DNA of 62,792 nucleotides, the filler included, from Octopus bimaculoides (taxonomy: Eukaryota), in assembly GCF_001194135.2 (NCBI RefSeq). It is 7 parts of 7 records of this genome, joined end to end, with 100 filler letters (N's around TTAATTAATTAA, not from the genome) between each part and the next. Parts side by side here need not be neighbours in the genome. Positions count along the whole stretch, not along the records: positions 1 to 24,958 come from NC_068987.1; 6 more parts are not named here. One strand, given 5' to 3'. Both the position numbers and the translations under genes were made by a program. Under the pieces are notes generated by a model, which saw only the letters and a program-made list of their open reading frames with translations, made no database searches and was not told the DNA's origin. Positions 1-12,615 of the stretch are shown piece by piece. Within the stretch, counting starts at the first letter, position 1, and each line of letters starts with the position of its first letter.

Positions 1-53
<53 letters not shown>

Positions 54-390
54 TATGTATATACATGTATATATATTTAATCATGTTAATGGAGTTATTA
101 ATGAGAGCTTCAACTGATCATATCAATAGGGTATTAAAGTGCCAGGAAAAGGGCTAATAGTTTATAATCCAAGGAAGAACTTCTATAGAACTCTGTGGTG
201 CTGACTTCATATCAGTTCATGAGAGTAGCTTGAGAAATGATAAACTTCATCAACCTGATTTGTGCCCTTAGTTACATTTTGTGAGGTCAATATTTTGTGT
301 TCCTGCTACTCAATAACTTACGGCATCATTCATTCAATGACAACAATAATTGTTTGTTTTTCTTTTTATCTTTCAATTTCTTTTTTCAAG

Positions 391-498
391 GTGTGTCACT
401 ATTTATTCCTTGGCATTCAGCCCAGATTCTTTGTTTTTGGCTGCTTCTAGTAATACTGAAACAGTCCATGTATTCAAATTAGAAACTATGAAAGACAA
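391..498 (+). CDS. WIPI2: WIPI1/2 (Atg18) internal coding exon, phase 2-2: (R)[35 protein letters not shown](K)
   Basis: Polypyrimidine tract + AG at 389-390 and GTAAGT donor at 499. The translation matches the PROPPIN segment that follows the FRRG motif (human WIPI2 [36 protein letters not shown], from memory). Upstream exons lie before the window. Confidence 0.96.
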
Positions 499-1289
499 GT
501 AAGTTGGTGTTTTTTTTTGTTTGTTTTGTTTTTTAACATTTGCATATGAAATTAAAAGAATATTATTTTAATTCTCTCTTTTTAACTACATTTGTTAACT
601 CTGAAATAGGAAAATATACTTTTTAAGGAAATATTTATTTATTTACACTTTTGAATAATCGGTCTTGATCTAGTAATGCATAAAAACAATGAACACATAA
701 GACATGATTTATGAGACTAATCCTTTTCACCTATCATCTTAAAATTAATTACTGTAAGCAATTAACTGAAGGTAGTCCCCCTCCTTGTCCAGGTCACAGA
801 ATTTGGAATTGTACAGTACAAAGTCTTTGAATTGTGTCCATGAGCAAAGAATTAATGCTTTCTCTCCCTATTTACCTAACTGATAACAGGTTGATAAAGC
901 ACCTGACATGAAATATATCAAATTTTGAAATGTATCTCCTCCATCTAATTCACATAAATATGAAATAATTAGAACAAACAGTAAAATATACCGTCCACAT
1001 CAAATTATGTTGTATCATCATCATCACTACCATCATCATTATTTTAGCGCCCACTTTTTCATGTTAGCATGAATCAGACAATTCTTTGAGGCAGATTTTC
1101 TATGGCCAGATACTTTTCCAGTCACCAGCTCTCACTTGTTTCCAAGTAAGTTAATATTTTCCTATGTCCAGGTAGGTTTTCACAGAAGATTGGAAACAAA
1201 TGACACCATTTGTATGATAGTGACACTTATTTACAACTATCATTTGATGTCAAAGAAACCCAAACACACAAATGCACATGTTTCTTTTA

Positions 1290-1490
1290 GTTTCAGTCAA
1301 CCAAATCCACTCATTAAGCTTTGGTTGGTCTTGAGCTATAGTAGAAGACACTTGCCCAAGGTACCACACAGTGAGACTGAAATCAAAGGGATTTGTTTGG
1401 GATGCAGATGTTTCGTCCAACATATCACGCAGTGGGACTAAATTCAAAACCATTTGATTGAGAAATAAATGTCTTAACCACACAGCTCTG
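1290..1490 (-). mobile_element. tRNA-derived SINE, family A (CORE-like 'accttgggcaagtgtcttctactatagc' body), partial
   Basis: Shares the body sequence with copies at 10912-11195, 13335-13450, 27716-28088 and 43820-44035. Confidence 0.7.
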
Positions 1491-1734
1491 CCTGTACCTA
1501 CATGTTCCCCGTGTAGAAGTAAAATGACTGGGTGGACATAATGTTGATAAGTCTAGAGCCCAGATCTACTGCAGATGTTATTAGGTGCTGAGAATAAGTA
1601 CCAGTTCATCTGAGAGTATAACCTGTTATAGACTGATATTCTTTCTAGAGGAATACCACCTGCTTATCGCCATGAAATCAGTGTTAAAGTATCAATCTTT
1701 CAGAATCTGTTGAAATTTCTGAAACTATATTATC

Positions 1735-1930
1735 TTTTCTATTACCATATTTCTGCTGAAATACAGTGCTTTTATTTCATTTAATTTTGAAAGTAATGAA
1801 GAATTCTGTAAAATAACTTTGTCTTTATTAACCAGGAGCATAAATTAACATAAAATTTTCAAGTTTTAATACTTGAATCAGGAAAATTTGTATCATTGAA
1901 TTAGGGGTGTCTTAGGTATCAAAAGGGTCA
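1735..1930 (+). mobile_element. piggyBac-like MITE, degraded copy, inverted relative to the 15128-15678 copies
   Basis: The reverse complement of 15340-15466 aligns to this stretch by eye. Confidence 0.6.
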
Positions 1931-1974
1931 ATATTTGTTTTTAAATATATCCTATACAACTACACGTTCTAAAA

Positions 1975-2760
1975 CAATATATTGTGTTGAGTCAAAAGTT
2001 TTACAATATTTTGGTAATGTATATGCTTTATTCATGAAGTTACAACAAAAGCAGCTTAGCATTCAAAGTAAGGGACTCCACCTTGAACCATCTGAAGCCA
2101 CCTTTCTGCCAGTTCTTTGGTCCCATTCTGATACCAGTTCTTGCCCTTTGAAGTGAAGAACTCCTTCAGTGAAGCTTCCTCTTGGTTGATGAAGCATCAG
2201 AGAGCAGGAAGTGAGCTGTAGATCAAAACAAGTAATAATCCAAGGGAACTATGACCAGACTATGTATTGGGTTGTGGCATCAGTCCATTTTCCTCAAGTT
2301 CCTGGAGTTTATTCTGGGTCGTTCAAGCAGTATGAGGTCTTGCGTTGTCTTGCTGCAGAAGAGCTTGCGTTCTGTTAACCATTGTCAAGTATTTCTGCCA
2401 CACAATAAGCATACATCCATGAGATACCAAGCTCACCTAATACTCTCGAGTGCTATTTGCTGGATTTGCCTCTGCAGTTTGGAGCACAGCCTCAAAATCC
2501 AGTTTTAGGCCTATCTGATCTTACTTTTATTATTGAGGTTCTTGGAAATCAAGCAAAATTTCTTCAACCTTCTAGTTACTGTACTGTGATTAACTGCACC
2601 TTTTGCACAACAAATGTTTTTGGTTGCTTCCAAGGCATTATGACCCAGTTCAAATTTGTAAAGCATAAGTCTCCAAATTAGATTATGCTGCATGTTCATC
2701 TGTGCGGCTTTCAAATCGCATGGAGTGAAACAATGCACAATATGTCAACACACCAACTAC
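1975..2760 (-). mobile_element. Internally deleted mariner transposase remnant
   Basis: The minus strand gives the N-terminus (MLYKFELGHNALEATKNICCAKG..HSTVTRRLKKF) and the C-terminus (LLQQDNARPHTA..DYYLF..KELAERW..YFE), with stops and frameshifts. Confidence 0.85.
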
Positions 2761-3764
2761 TATGATACTACTTCCTCAATTGGTACCTTCCATGGCTTGA
2801 GCTGCTTCAGTCATTTGATATACATGCCACAATCAAGCACATATACAAATACTGTGAAACTTTTTGACTTGCCTCAATACATTGCAGTTATAGGTGGTTG
2901 TGGTCTCATGTGGTGAAACCATCTAATGACGACTCTGTTCGGAAGGCTGGAATAGATGTCATTCGATGAAGGAACACTGTACAATAAATTCATAGAACCA
3001 AGCTGTAACTTTTAAATGCTTTTACTCCGGGTCACAAATATATAAAAGTTGAATAATCATGGAAAGTGTTTACAAGTGAAGGCCATGTTCAGCTCCTGTG
3101 TATTCTGCATGATAGTTGCAGTTAGCTGTTGCATGCATTATGTAAGAGCTAACGAGGTCACATCCTCACACACTGCTGTCGCGATGACAGAGAGAAAGGG
3201 CTAAGTGCTGGAACTTTAGTTACATGTTGTGCCATCTAGTGGCAAGCTATTTAGGCAGCTACTTTCAGGGGAGGTAACTATGCCTAAACAATCTTAAACT
3301 GGATTGAAGCATCGTTGAACTTGTGGATTGACCAGAAGTATTTTTCCTACTATCCCTGTGCTATATATATATCTATTCAACTCGAGCTGATGTGAGCCAA
3401 TAAAGAAGCCTCCATATGATCATTTGACTTACTAGAACATCAGTCAAATCCACCTACTATCTTTAAAAAAGTACAAAACAATATGTCAATAAAAAAGATT
3501 AGTTGGTAATGGTTGGAATAAACATTAAATTGATGTCAATGTAAAAAATAAATTCAAAGGTTATGATTCTATGTAAACACTTACAACCATACCAACAGTC
3601 ATAACTAAACAATTCCAAACACTCACCTAAACAGACCCTGAATTCCAGCAAAACATAACACCGAAAGTTCTCTGTACCACTATTATTTTCTTGTTAAAGT
3701 TTCATCTCCAATAACATTCTTTTCATACATAGTACAACAACATGTAACTAAGCAAAATCCAACC

Positions 3765-4045
3765 ACAAACAGTGCACTTTCTAACATCACAGGCAGCATA
3801 CAAACAATGCACCTTGCAATGTCACAAGCTGTGCATAAACAATGTGCCTCTCAAGGGGCTGCACACAAACTATGCACCTTGCAATATCATGAGTTGCACT
3901 CAAACAGTGCATCTTTCAACATCATACGTCATGCATAAACTGTGCATCTTGCAGCAAATTGTATACAGTGTACTTTGCAACCTCATATCCTGTACACAGA
4001 CAATATGCACTTCTAACATCCCAGGCTGCACAAACCACTAAACCT
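3765..4045. repeat. Degenerate ~35-bp minisatellite (about 8 units, 35/35/30 higher-order pattern)
   Basis: Recurring unit acaaacagtgcac(t/c)ttgcaacatcacaggctgcac, seen by eye. Confidence 0.7.
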
Positions 4046-4229
4046 GCAAACCATCTACACAATAAGACAAAAATATTCAAACTGAAAGATAATCTAGAGA
4101 CACAATTTGTTGCTGCAGCAAGTTCCTACCAACATGATTTCTGCCACTACATGAATCACCCAAAAAAACACCTATATATAACATAACTTAACATAAAAAG
4201 CATTTTAACAAACACCCACAAAACAAGGG

Positions 4230-5445
4230 AGGAGGTAGGTTGCTCTTTCAGGATATATAATAACTGTCCAGTAGGAGGCTGATGTGAGGCCAAAGGAGAC
4301 ATCTATGAAGCTACAGTAACATTTAGACCTGCCATCCACATTACCAGCAATGTACCATCCAACAGCAATATTAGCACTGGAGGCAATGACAGTAGCAGAT
4401 TAACCAGCTCTAACACCAGTACAAAGCCAGAGATGATGACTAGTCCAAGACCAGTGACACAGAGGAAGTAACCAACAACCCCAGTATCACCACCACAGAC
4501 AATGAACAAACCATTATTGTTGACACTGATAGAGTGACTGGCCCCACACCATATGTTATCACTAGTACAATCACCACAACTAGAGATGATGTACAGTCCA
4601 GGCCAGTAACACAGAGGTGGTAACTGGCGACCCCAGTACCACCATCATAGACGATGATAAAACAATTATCATCAACACTGATGGAATGACCAGTCTCACA
4701 CTATATGATACCACCAGCCGAACCCACACTAGAACTGGCAGCATTAATGATAACTACGGCAATAACACCACCAGAACAATGCACCATAATGACAACGTTA
4801 GCAACGGTGTTACCAACAGCATTCCTAGGCTAGAGCCTACTGGAGATATACCAGGAGTGCGAATATAGCCACCTCCCAAGTTTGTAAATATATCAGATCA
4901 GCCAGTACATCTTTCAAACAACACTTCTGCAACCACCAGTCATCCTTCAGAGTCTCAGAAAGACGTTTTGTCATGTCCCTAGCCAGCCATCTGTGTAACC
5001 TCAAAGATCAAGGGACTCCATGTGATATCAGGTGGAAAATCATAGAACATCCAGGCCCATATATTAATGGGAGTGGCCATTGCAAAATCTACATTGTGGA
5101 GAGAACCAAAATTCTTAAGGATTATGCTAAGCATCGTGTGTTCAATAAGCATAAAGAAATTTTCTCAAAATGTGTCCATTTCAAGCACTACCTACTGGTA
5201 AATTGGATCTCCCCATTTGCTGGTTATGCTATTACGTGACTGTAAAGTTTTTTTAATCCTCAGATCCAAGGGAGATAAACCGTTGTCATTAATGTTTTTA
5301 TTTGTTAGCCATTAAACCTTGTTATCCTAGCATTTCCTCACGTCTGTGAGGTAGAAAGTTAAATTTTGTCTTTGTATAGAGTCTGATGAGCTGTCCACAA
5401 GACTGTAGCTTTCATGGGTATGAAACCATTGGTAACTCTATGACC
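4230..5445 (+). mobile_element. Penelope-like element 3' part: Cys linker + GIY-YIG endonuclease with a large insert + pLTR containing a hammerhead
   Basis: CPVGG*CEAKGDIYEATV (GIY at 4295) ... KYIRSASTSFKQHFCNHQSSFR..SLASHLCNLKDQG..WKII..PYINGSGHC..FNKHKEIFSKCVH matches the PLE GIY-YIG pattern. Confidence 0.85.
5376..5441 (+). ncRNA. Type I hammerhead ribozyme (Penelope pLTR), stem II decayed
   Basis: ATAGAGT-CTGATGA(5383)...GAAA(5422)-CC-ATT-GGT-A-ACTCTAT. Stem I is a perfect 7 bp, stem III is 3 bp, and the cleavage triplet is GUA. Confidence 0.7.
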
Positions 5446-5461
5446 AGAATTTACCTTTTTA

Positions 5462-5514
<53 letters not shown>

Positions 5515-6078
5515 AAAAAAAAGGCGTCAGAATTTTGGAATAACTTCTTTCATTTATTTTATACATATATTAGCGCTTTCATTTGTCTTTCGAACTTGTC
5601 AAATATAATTCTGTGGAAATACAGTGATCTTGCTTATTTATATAAAAACAGGTGTTTTGGGGGGTTTTGTTTATAACAGAACATTGTTTTGTTTTTTTAT
5701 TTTTTGGGGGGTGAGGCTTTGGAGACAATGGAAGATGTATAAGCAGATAGAGAGATAGATAGATAGACAGATAGAGAGATGGATGTGGTAAAAGTGTGAG
5801 AGAAGGGCAATTGTATTGAATATATATGTATATATAGATACATATACACACACACAGTAATCCCTCGACTATTATGGGTGTTACACTCCAAAACCCCCAC
5901 AATAGGTGAAAAAAATTCAGCAAAGTAGAAACAGTACTGTACTGTATATTTTTTAAATTTTTATAATTTATATATATCTTTTCTTATAAATGCAAAACAA
6001 TACCAAAGAGGAATTAACGTAAGCTTAAATGATAAACTGTGATAGGTGAACTGCGATATGCTAAGCGATTACTGTTTA

Positions 6079-6560
6079 TCATCATCATCATCTTCATTTA
6101 ACATCTGCTTTCCATGCTGGCATGAGTTGGATGGTTTGACTGAGGACTGGCAAGCCAGGAGGCTGCACCAGGCTCCAATCTGATCTAGCAAGGTTTCTAT
6201 AGCTGGATGCCCTTCCTAACACCAACCACTCCAAGAGTGTAGTGGGTGCTTTTTATGTGCTACCAGCATGGGCCAGTCAGGCATTACGGGAATCGACCAT
6301 GATTGAATGGTGCTTTTTATGTGCCTCCAGCATGGGAGCCAGTCAGGTGTCACTGGCATCAACCATTCTCAAATGCTGCTTTTTACATGCCACCAGCATG
6401 AGTGCCAGTCAAGCAGCACAGTCATCGGCCATGACTATGATTTCGCTTGACTCAACAGGTCTTCTCAAGCACAGCATATTGTCCAACAATTGAAGGGTAC
6501 ATTTAAATGGGGCAGTTATATGACACTGGTATCAACCACAATCTTACTTGACTTGCCAGG
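6079..6560 (-). mobile_element. RTE LINE 3' UTR fragment with ~70-bp internal repeats and a (GAT)n tail
   Basis: Reverse complement of the RTE 3' end at 56640-56930. Shorter copies occur near 1020, 13650, 14290, 16500 and 21295. Confidence 0.8.
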
Positions 6561-7155
6561 TCTGATTGCTTCCCAAAGCACTATTACACTTCTCCTGTTA
6601 ATGAAGTGTCCACTTGCTTCATGCTTTTGCAAATGTATGAGGTGAAAGATCCCTTACTTGAAAAATAGGTAAGGGTTAGAGACAGGAAGTGTATCCAGCT
6701 GTAAAACACTGCTTTGATAATAAGTGTCTGTCAAACTCATACTAGCAAGGTAAAATGGACATAAAACAAATGAATATATANNNNNNNNNNNNNNNNNNNN
6801 NNNNNNNNNNNNNNNNATATATTATCATGCTTAGAAGCAGTGCACATAACCAAATTTTCTGATTCATGTCCAGTAAAACAAATAACTCCAAATCCATTTT
6901 AGAGTATTTGTGTAATTGAAGTAATGACTGGCTAGCTTGTAAAAGCTTCACACTTGGTGGTAGTGTCAATTGGGAGCTCCATCAGATACGACTGCCAAGC
7001 CAAGACTGAGCATGGCAGCAAGCTGCACACAGGCGCATGCACAACAAACACATCAGTATTGCCAATAGCTGCATGCACAGTTTCCCTGCATCTCAAGTGC
7101 TTTGGAGACCTTCCTTTTGAGATTACCCTCATGTGTGTGTGTATATATATATATA

Positions 7156-7795
7156 CAGAGTGTGGTGACTAAACTGTTGTGTAAATTACGCAAAATTGAA
7201 AATAACACTGTCATCTCATTTTAACAGATATATTTACCAAAATTACATAAAAATATGTTGAAATACAAAAGAGTAATTTATTCAATAAAATCACCATTAG
7301 CTTCAACCACAGCCTCCAGATGACTTCAGAATCTCCTGCAACTCTTCTGGACGGACTCCTTGTTTAAGTTATTGAATGCTGCCATAATCCTTGCCTTTAG
7401 TTCATCTTTGGTATTACTAGGAGTTTTGTTGGTGTCTTGCTCAACTGCACCCCACACATAATAATCAGGGGGGTTGCAGTCTGGGGAGTTAGGTGGCTAG
7501 ATATTAGAGGTGATGTGGTCACAGAAATTGTCTGACAGCCATGACAAGGTTCTCCTGCTTGTGTGGCATGATGCAGAGTCCTGTTGCGAGATACAAGGTC
7601 TTCCAGCAGTCACCCTCTTGACCCAGAGTAGCGCTACCTCCTCCAGGCACTTGATGTAGGCCACCATGTTGAATTTGAGGCCATGTGGTAAGATGAATAG
7701 AGGCATAACTTTGCCATCACTAGTGATCACTTCAAACACCAGGATGTTGACTGGATGTTTGATTTGTATCACTCTTGGTACATGTACTCAGATTG
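7156..7795 (-). mobile_element. DD37D (maT-type) Tc1/mariner transposon, 3' half
   Basis: IKHPVNILVFEVITSDGKVMP...QQDSASCHTSRRT.SWLSDNFCDHITSNI..PPNSPDCNP..DYYVWGAVE. The terminus is TA|CAGAGTG. Homologous to 37449-38701. Confidence 0.9.
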
Positions 7796-8925
7796 ACACC
7801 CAAACACCCTGAAATGTTCATATTGGAGTTTCTGGTGCAAATGCCAAACAGTACAGCATATCATTTCCAAATTTCTATCAGTGTGAATTGTGTCATGGTG
7901 CTCTTTTTGTCACAGACGGTGCCCAACTGACTCTACTATAGTGTGTAGTTGACAAAATCAAAAACAAACAATGCGTACACACAAAAGTAAAAATATAAAA
8001 TGGTGACAGTTTATACATTGCACCCTATATATATATATATNNNNNNNNNNNNNNNNNNNNNNNNNNNNNNNNNNNNNNNNNNNNNNNNNNNNNNNNNNNN
8101 NNNNNNNNNNNNNNNNNNNNNNNNNNNNNNNNNNNNNNNNNNNNNNNNNNNNNNNNNNNNNNNNNNNNNNNNNNNNNNNNNNNNNNNNNNNNNNNNNNNN
8201 NNNNNNNNNNNNNNNNNNNNNNNNNNNNNNNNNNNNNNNNNNNNNNNNNNNNNNNNNNNNNNNNNNNNNNNNNNNNNNNNNNNNNNNNNNNNNNNNNNNN
8301 NNNNNNNNNNNNNNNNNNNNNNNNNNNNNNNNNNNNNNNNNNNNNNNNNNNNNNNNNNNNNNNNNNNNNNNNNNNNNNNNNNNNNNNNNNNNNNNNNNNN
8401 NNNNNNNNNNNNNNNNNNNNNNNNNNNNNNNNNNNNNNNNNNNNNNNNNNNNNNNNNNNNNNNNNNNNNNNNNNNNNNNNNNNNNNNNNNNNNNNNNNNN
8501 NNNNNNNNNNNNNNNNNNNNNNNNNNNNNNNNNNNNNNNNNNNNNNNNNNNNNNNNNNNNNNNNNNNNNNNNNNNNNNNNNNNNNNNNNNNNNNNNNNNN
8601 NNNNNNNNNNNNNNNNNNNNNNNNNNNNNNNNNNNNNNNNNNNNNNNNNNNNNNNNNNNNNNNNNNNNNNNNNNNNNNNNNNNNNNNNNNNNNNNNNNNN
8701 NNNNNNNNNNNNNNNNNNNNNNNNNNNNNNNNNNNNNNNNNNNNNNNNNNNNNNNNNNNNNNNNNNNNNNNNNNNNNNNNNNNNNNNNNNNNNNNNNNNN
8801 NNNNNNNNNNNNNNNNNNNNNNNNNNNNNNNNNNNNNNNNNNNNNNNNNNNNNNNNNNNNNNNNNNNNNNNNNNNNNNNNNNNNNNNNNNNNNNNNNNNN
8901 NNNNNNNNNNNNNNNNNNNNNNNNA

Positions 8926-9280
8926 CGAAGCCACCTTGAGCATAATCCTATGAACCCAATAAAGAATGGATAAAAGCGAGTCACTTACTGTAATGCGTTT
9001 TTTTGCATGACATTATTGGCCAAGGTTACCGTGGTCTTTTCCGTAAGCTTTTCTTTCCACGGATAAACCTAATCTGTTTCCCCTTTTTACACTATGACAT
9101 TTCTGTGATACATAATCCCTATTGATCGACCTTTTTTTGTTTTTTTTTTTAACGATCCCTTTTGATTGAATTTCTACTCCCCCTTTTCCTTTTTTTTTTC
9201 CTTCTCTTCCAAAAAGAAAAGCTCTACTTTGTATTTTGTCCTGTCTGTGTTCAGCCCTGTGTGGCCAATAAAGAAACATA
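8926..9280 (+). mobile_element. Probable L1/Tx1-like LINE 3' end (T-rich 3' UTR ending near AATAAA)
   Basis: Recognised only as a recurrent-looking 3' UTR pattern next to a gap. No clear protein motif. Confidence 0.3.
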
Positions 9281-9641
9281 ATTCATACTTGAATTTATGC
9301 TTATATACACATTGTTCAGGCATACCAGCTGATGGTTTTTGCATCATATAGTCATGGACAGGCTATCCAATTTTCCCACAATCTGATTCAGATACATGAT
9401 GTTGATAAGTCACAAAAATAGCAAAACATCAATGTCCATTACTCCTAAATAAGACTTGGGGTGAGTTGCCTTGCCTGTCTATGACTGTGACTTTCAGGTG
9501 TTTTAACACCTGGCACTTTGAGAGAGTATTTATGTATTCTCCACTGCATCAAATTGCAGCCGACTGGCAAACAAGCAAAGCATATACATTGTGTATTTGA
9601 TAATATGCATGCATGCATGCATACATACATACATACATACA

Positions 9642-9673
<32 letters not shown>

Positions 9674-10514
9674 CTTACCATCTTTGTTTTCCGTCTTCTT
9701 TTCCATGCTGACATAAGGTAGATTAGTTTTTTGATGAGAACAACTTTTGTAGTCACCTTTCAGAACATGCAGGGACATGATGTACCTATTCTAGTGCCAG
9801 GATACCCATGGTATTACATACAAACTTAACAATTACATGTACAGGCCAATATTATAACTAAAAAGAAATTCTGTTAAAATATTCCAAAAGTTTAGTTTGT
9901 AGAATATATTCTTATAGAGAGTCATACTGATATTTGTGTGTACATGTTCATGTGTCAAAGAAAGACATGTGAACATATATGCGTAAGTACATACGCACCT
10001 AATGTAGCAACCATGTCAGCATGAATGTCCTTGAGGACTAAACACTTTTTCTGCAGGTGCTTGATAACACTATGATGCCAAATTTTGTCCATTTTCAAGA
10101 GAAGTCGCTATTAGTTACTTTTGAAATCCTCTTTGAACAGTCAGATGTCAGTTTATCTGGAAAGAAACAATGCAGTTATTAATAAGTAGAGCTAAAAATT
10201 AATGCATGCAAAATTTCACATCTCTAACATCATTCCATAGTTGGCCTATGAACTTTTCAGCCTACCCTCATATATACATACGTCTCTACTTAGTTCTATG
10301 GTTCAAATACACATACATATGTCACTAGCCAGTTCGTGTTGTCTAAATTCCAGTGAGGTTGCTTTGTTTCTTGATCGGAGGCCATTTTTTCTATATTAGG
10401 AAAATCCGAAGAATTTAAGCAGTCATGCATGTGTGGGGTTTTTTAAAATTTTTGTTTAAATGTACATATGTCATTAAGCTCACAGTATTTTATTTGATTT
10501 TATGTAACTTACAG

Positions 10515-10679
10515 ACCGCCTGAAGACAGCCAAGGTTGGATGGGCTATTTTGGTCAAGCCCTTAAAACCTCAGCCAATTACTTGCCTACCCAGGTATCAG
10601 AGATGTTTAACCAGGGTCGGTCATTTGCTACTGCCCGCTTGCCCACAACTGGTCTTAAAAATGTCTGCGCTTTAACAGT
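10515..10679 (+). CDS. WIPI2: WIPI1/2 exon, phase 2-2: [54 protein letters not shown](V)
   Basis: ttacAG acceptor and GTAAGT donor at 10680. In frame with both flanking exons. Matches WIPI2 [36 protein letters not shown]. Confidence 0.97.
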
Positions 10680-10911
10680 GTAAGTACATATTGTTTCCTT
10701 TATTTTATACTTTTCTCTCTGCAAGCAGACCCCTTACTGGCAAATACATCAACTTTGCTTTAAATCTTGTTTAGCAAAAAAAAAAAAATGTTTAACTAGT
10801 ACTTTTCGTGACTTTTATATACCTAATTAATAAGTAGCTTTTTCCATTATAGTATAGACTAGCAGAGATACCCAGCCTTGCTCGGGATTAAAATGGCATA
10901 GATTTTTATTG

Positions 10912-11195
10912 CTTTACTTGTTTCAGTCATGTAACTGTAGCCATGGTGGAGCACTGTCGTTGGTCGAAGAAATCAACCACAGGATTTATTCTTTGTAAGC
11001 CTAGTACTCATTCTGTCAGTGTCTTTTACAGGAATGTAAACAGAGCAACATCAGCTGCCAAGGAATGGTGGGGGTACAAACACAAGACACAGGCACACAC
11101 ATACACAAATATATGCATATATACGACAGTCTTCTTTCAGTTTCCGAGTACGAAATCCACTCACAAGATTTTGTTCAGCCTGAGGCTATAGTAAG
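10912..11195 (-). mobile_element. SINE family A copy, truncated at the fold-back MITE
   Basis: Aligns to 27716-28088 and stops at gaggctatagtaag, where (TA)n and the MITE begin. Confidence 0.8.
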
Positions 11196-11209
11196 CATAT
11201 ATATATATA

Positions 11210-11627
11210 TGCTTTCGGTGCGAATGGCTTTATTACACAGTGCCGTATTTTACAATCCTGTAAATAATAATAATGGTATTTTTGTATAAGCTTAAAGCTT
11301 ATGCCGTTCACCATGCAATGACTAACGAAAATAGTGTAATAACGGAGCATATAAGCCCTCGACAGAAAAAAGAGGGCTTTCCTATCCGCATGGGATGCGA
11401 ATCCACATCCCTTTGTTAACATGACTGTGTGTGTTACCTTCACACACGGATAGGAAAGCCTTGTTTTTTCTGTCGAGTGCTTATATGCCTCGTTATTAGA
11501 CTATTTTCCTTAGTCATTGCACGGTGAACCCCATAAAGTTTAAGCTTATATAAAAAAATACCATTATTATTATTATTTACATGATTGTAAAATATGGCGT
11601 CGTATAACAAAACCATTTGCACCGAAA

Positions 11628-11630
<3 letters not shown>
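11210..11630. mobile_element. Fold-back MITE, 421 bp, ~180-bp inverted arms, inserted in (TA)n
   Basis: tgctttcggtgcgaatgg...gggctttcctatccg (11210-11388) is the reverse complement of cggataggaaagcc...catttgcaccgaaagca (11447-11630). Confidence 0.9.
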
Positions 11631-11674
<44 letters not shown>

Positions 11675-12094
11675 ATTCGAAAACATGAACAGTTTTGTAA
11701 CATTGTTTACGAAATAATAGCTAATCATTTGCAAAGGGTCGTATCTACAGTGAACACTTAGGATTTTTGCTCTGGTAACTTCTGCTCTCTCCCATGTTCA
11801 TGCACTACCAGCTATATGTCGCTATGAGTCTCCCTCTGTTTACACTGTCGCTAGAAGGGGACTTAACTCATGCTCCGATTTGAAAATTGTTAGAATTTAT
11901 GGTTTAAAATTATTTTTAATACAAAAATTCACATCTTAGGAAGCAATAAAAAAAATAATAAATGGCCGATTCCTGGCATTTTCGACCATGAGGAATCCAT
12001 TGGTGCGACTCCCAGCTTGCTATCTTGTAAGATGTGGATTTCTATAGATGCAACACACACGCACACACTGAGCTATACTATAGGTATAGATTAT

Positions 12095-12615
12095 CCAAAT
12101 TCTGCCAAGGTCAACTTTGCCTTTCATCCTTTCGGGGTTGGTAAATTAAATACCAGTTGAGTACTGGGGTCAATGTAATCGACTGCCCCCACCAAAAAAA
12201 ATTTCAGGCCTTGTGCTTATAGTAAAAAGTATTAGCAGCATTTTGTCCGTCTTTACAGTCAGATTTGCCTTTCATCCTTTCAAGGTCAATAAAATAGTAC
12301 CAGTTGAAGACTGGGGTCAATGTAATTGACTCATCCCCTCCCCTGAAATTACTGGCCTTGTGCCAAAATTTGAAACCATTGTTATTATTATTATTATCAC
12401 AATAACTTACCAGACAAAATTCTTAGTGACATTTCATGGTTTCATGTCGTTACATTCTGAATTCATATTCACTGAGGTTAACTTAGCTTTTCATCCTTTC
12501 AAGGTTGATAAAATAAGTATCAGTTGAGCACTGGGATCGATGTAATCAACTAGCCACCCCCTCCCCTAAAAAATAAAATCAGGCCTTGTTCCTATAGTAA
12601 AAAGGATTATTATTA
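12095..12615 (+). mobile_element. Three tandem CpG-decayed copies of SINE family B (gtcgactttgcctttcatcctttcggggtcgataaa body; possibly Meta-domain type)
   Basis: The body is repeated three times with (TTA)n tails. Other copies occur at about 18170, 21010, 23930, 37010, 42613, 47545, 53155 and 57585. Confidence 0.85.

Larger units (their letters stand above)
10858..12091 (+). mobile_element. Non-autonomous Helentron/HINE-like element hosting a nested SINE and MITE
   Basis: The 5' end ACTAGCAGAGATACCCAGCCTTGCTCGGG and the 3' end (CA)n..tataggtatagat resemble HINE/DINE termini. Confidence 0.5.
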
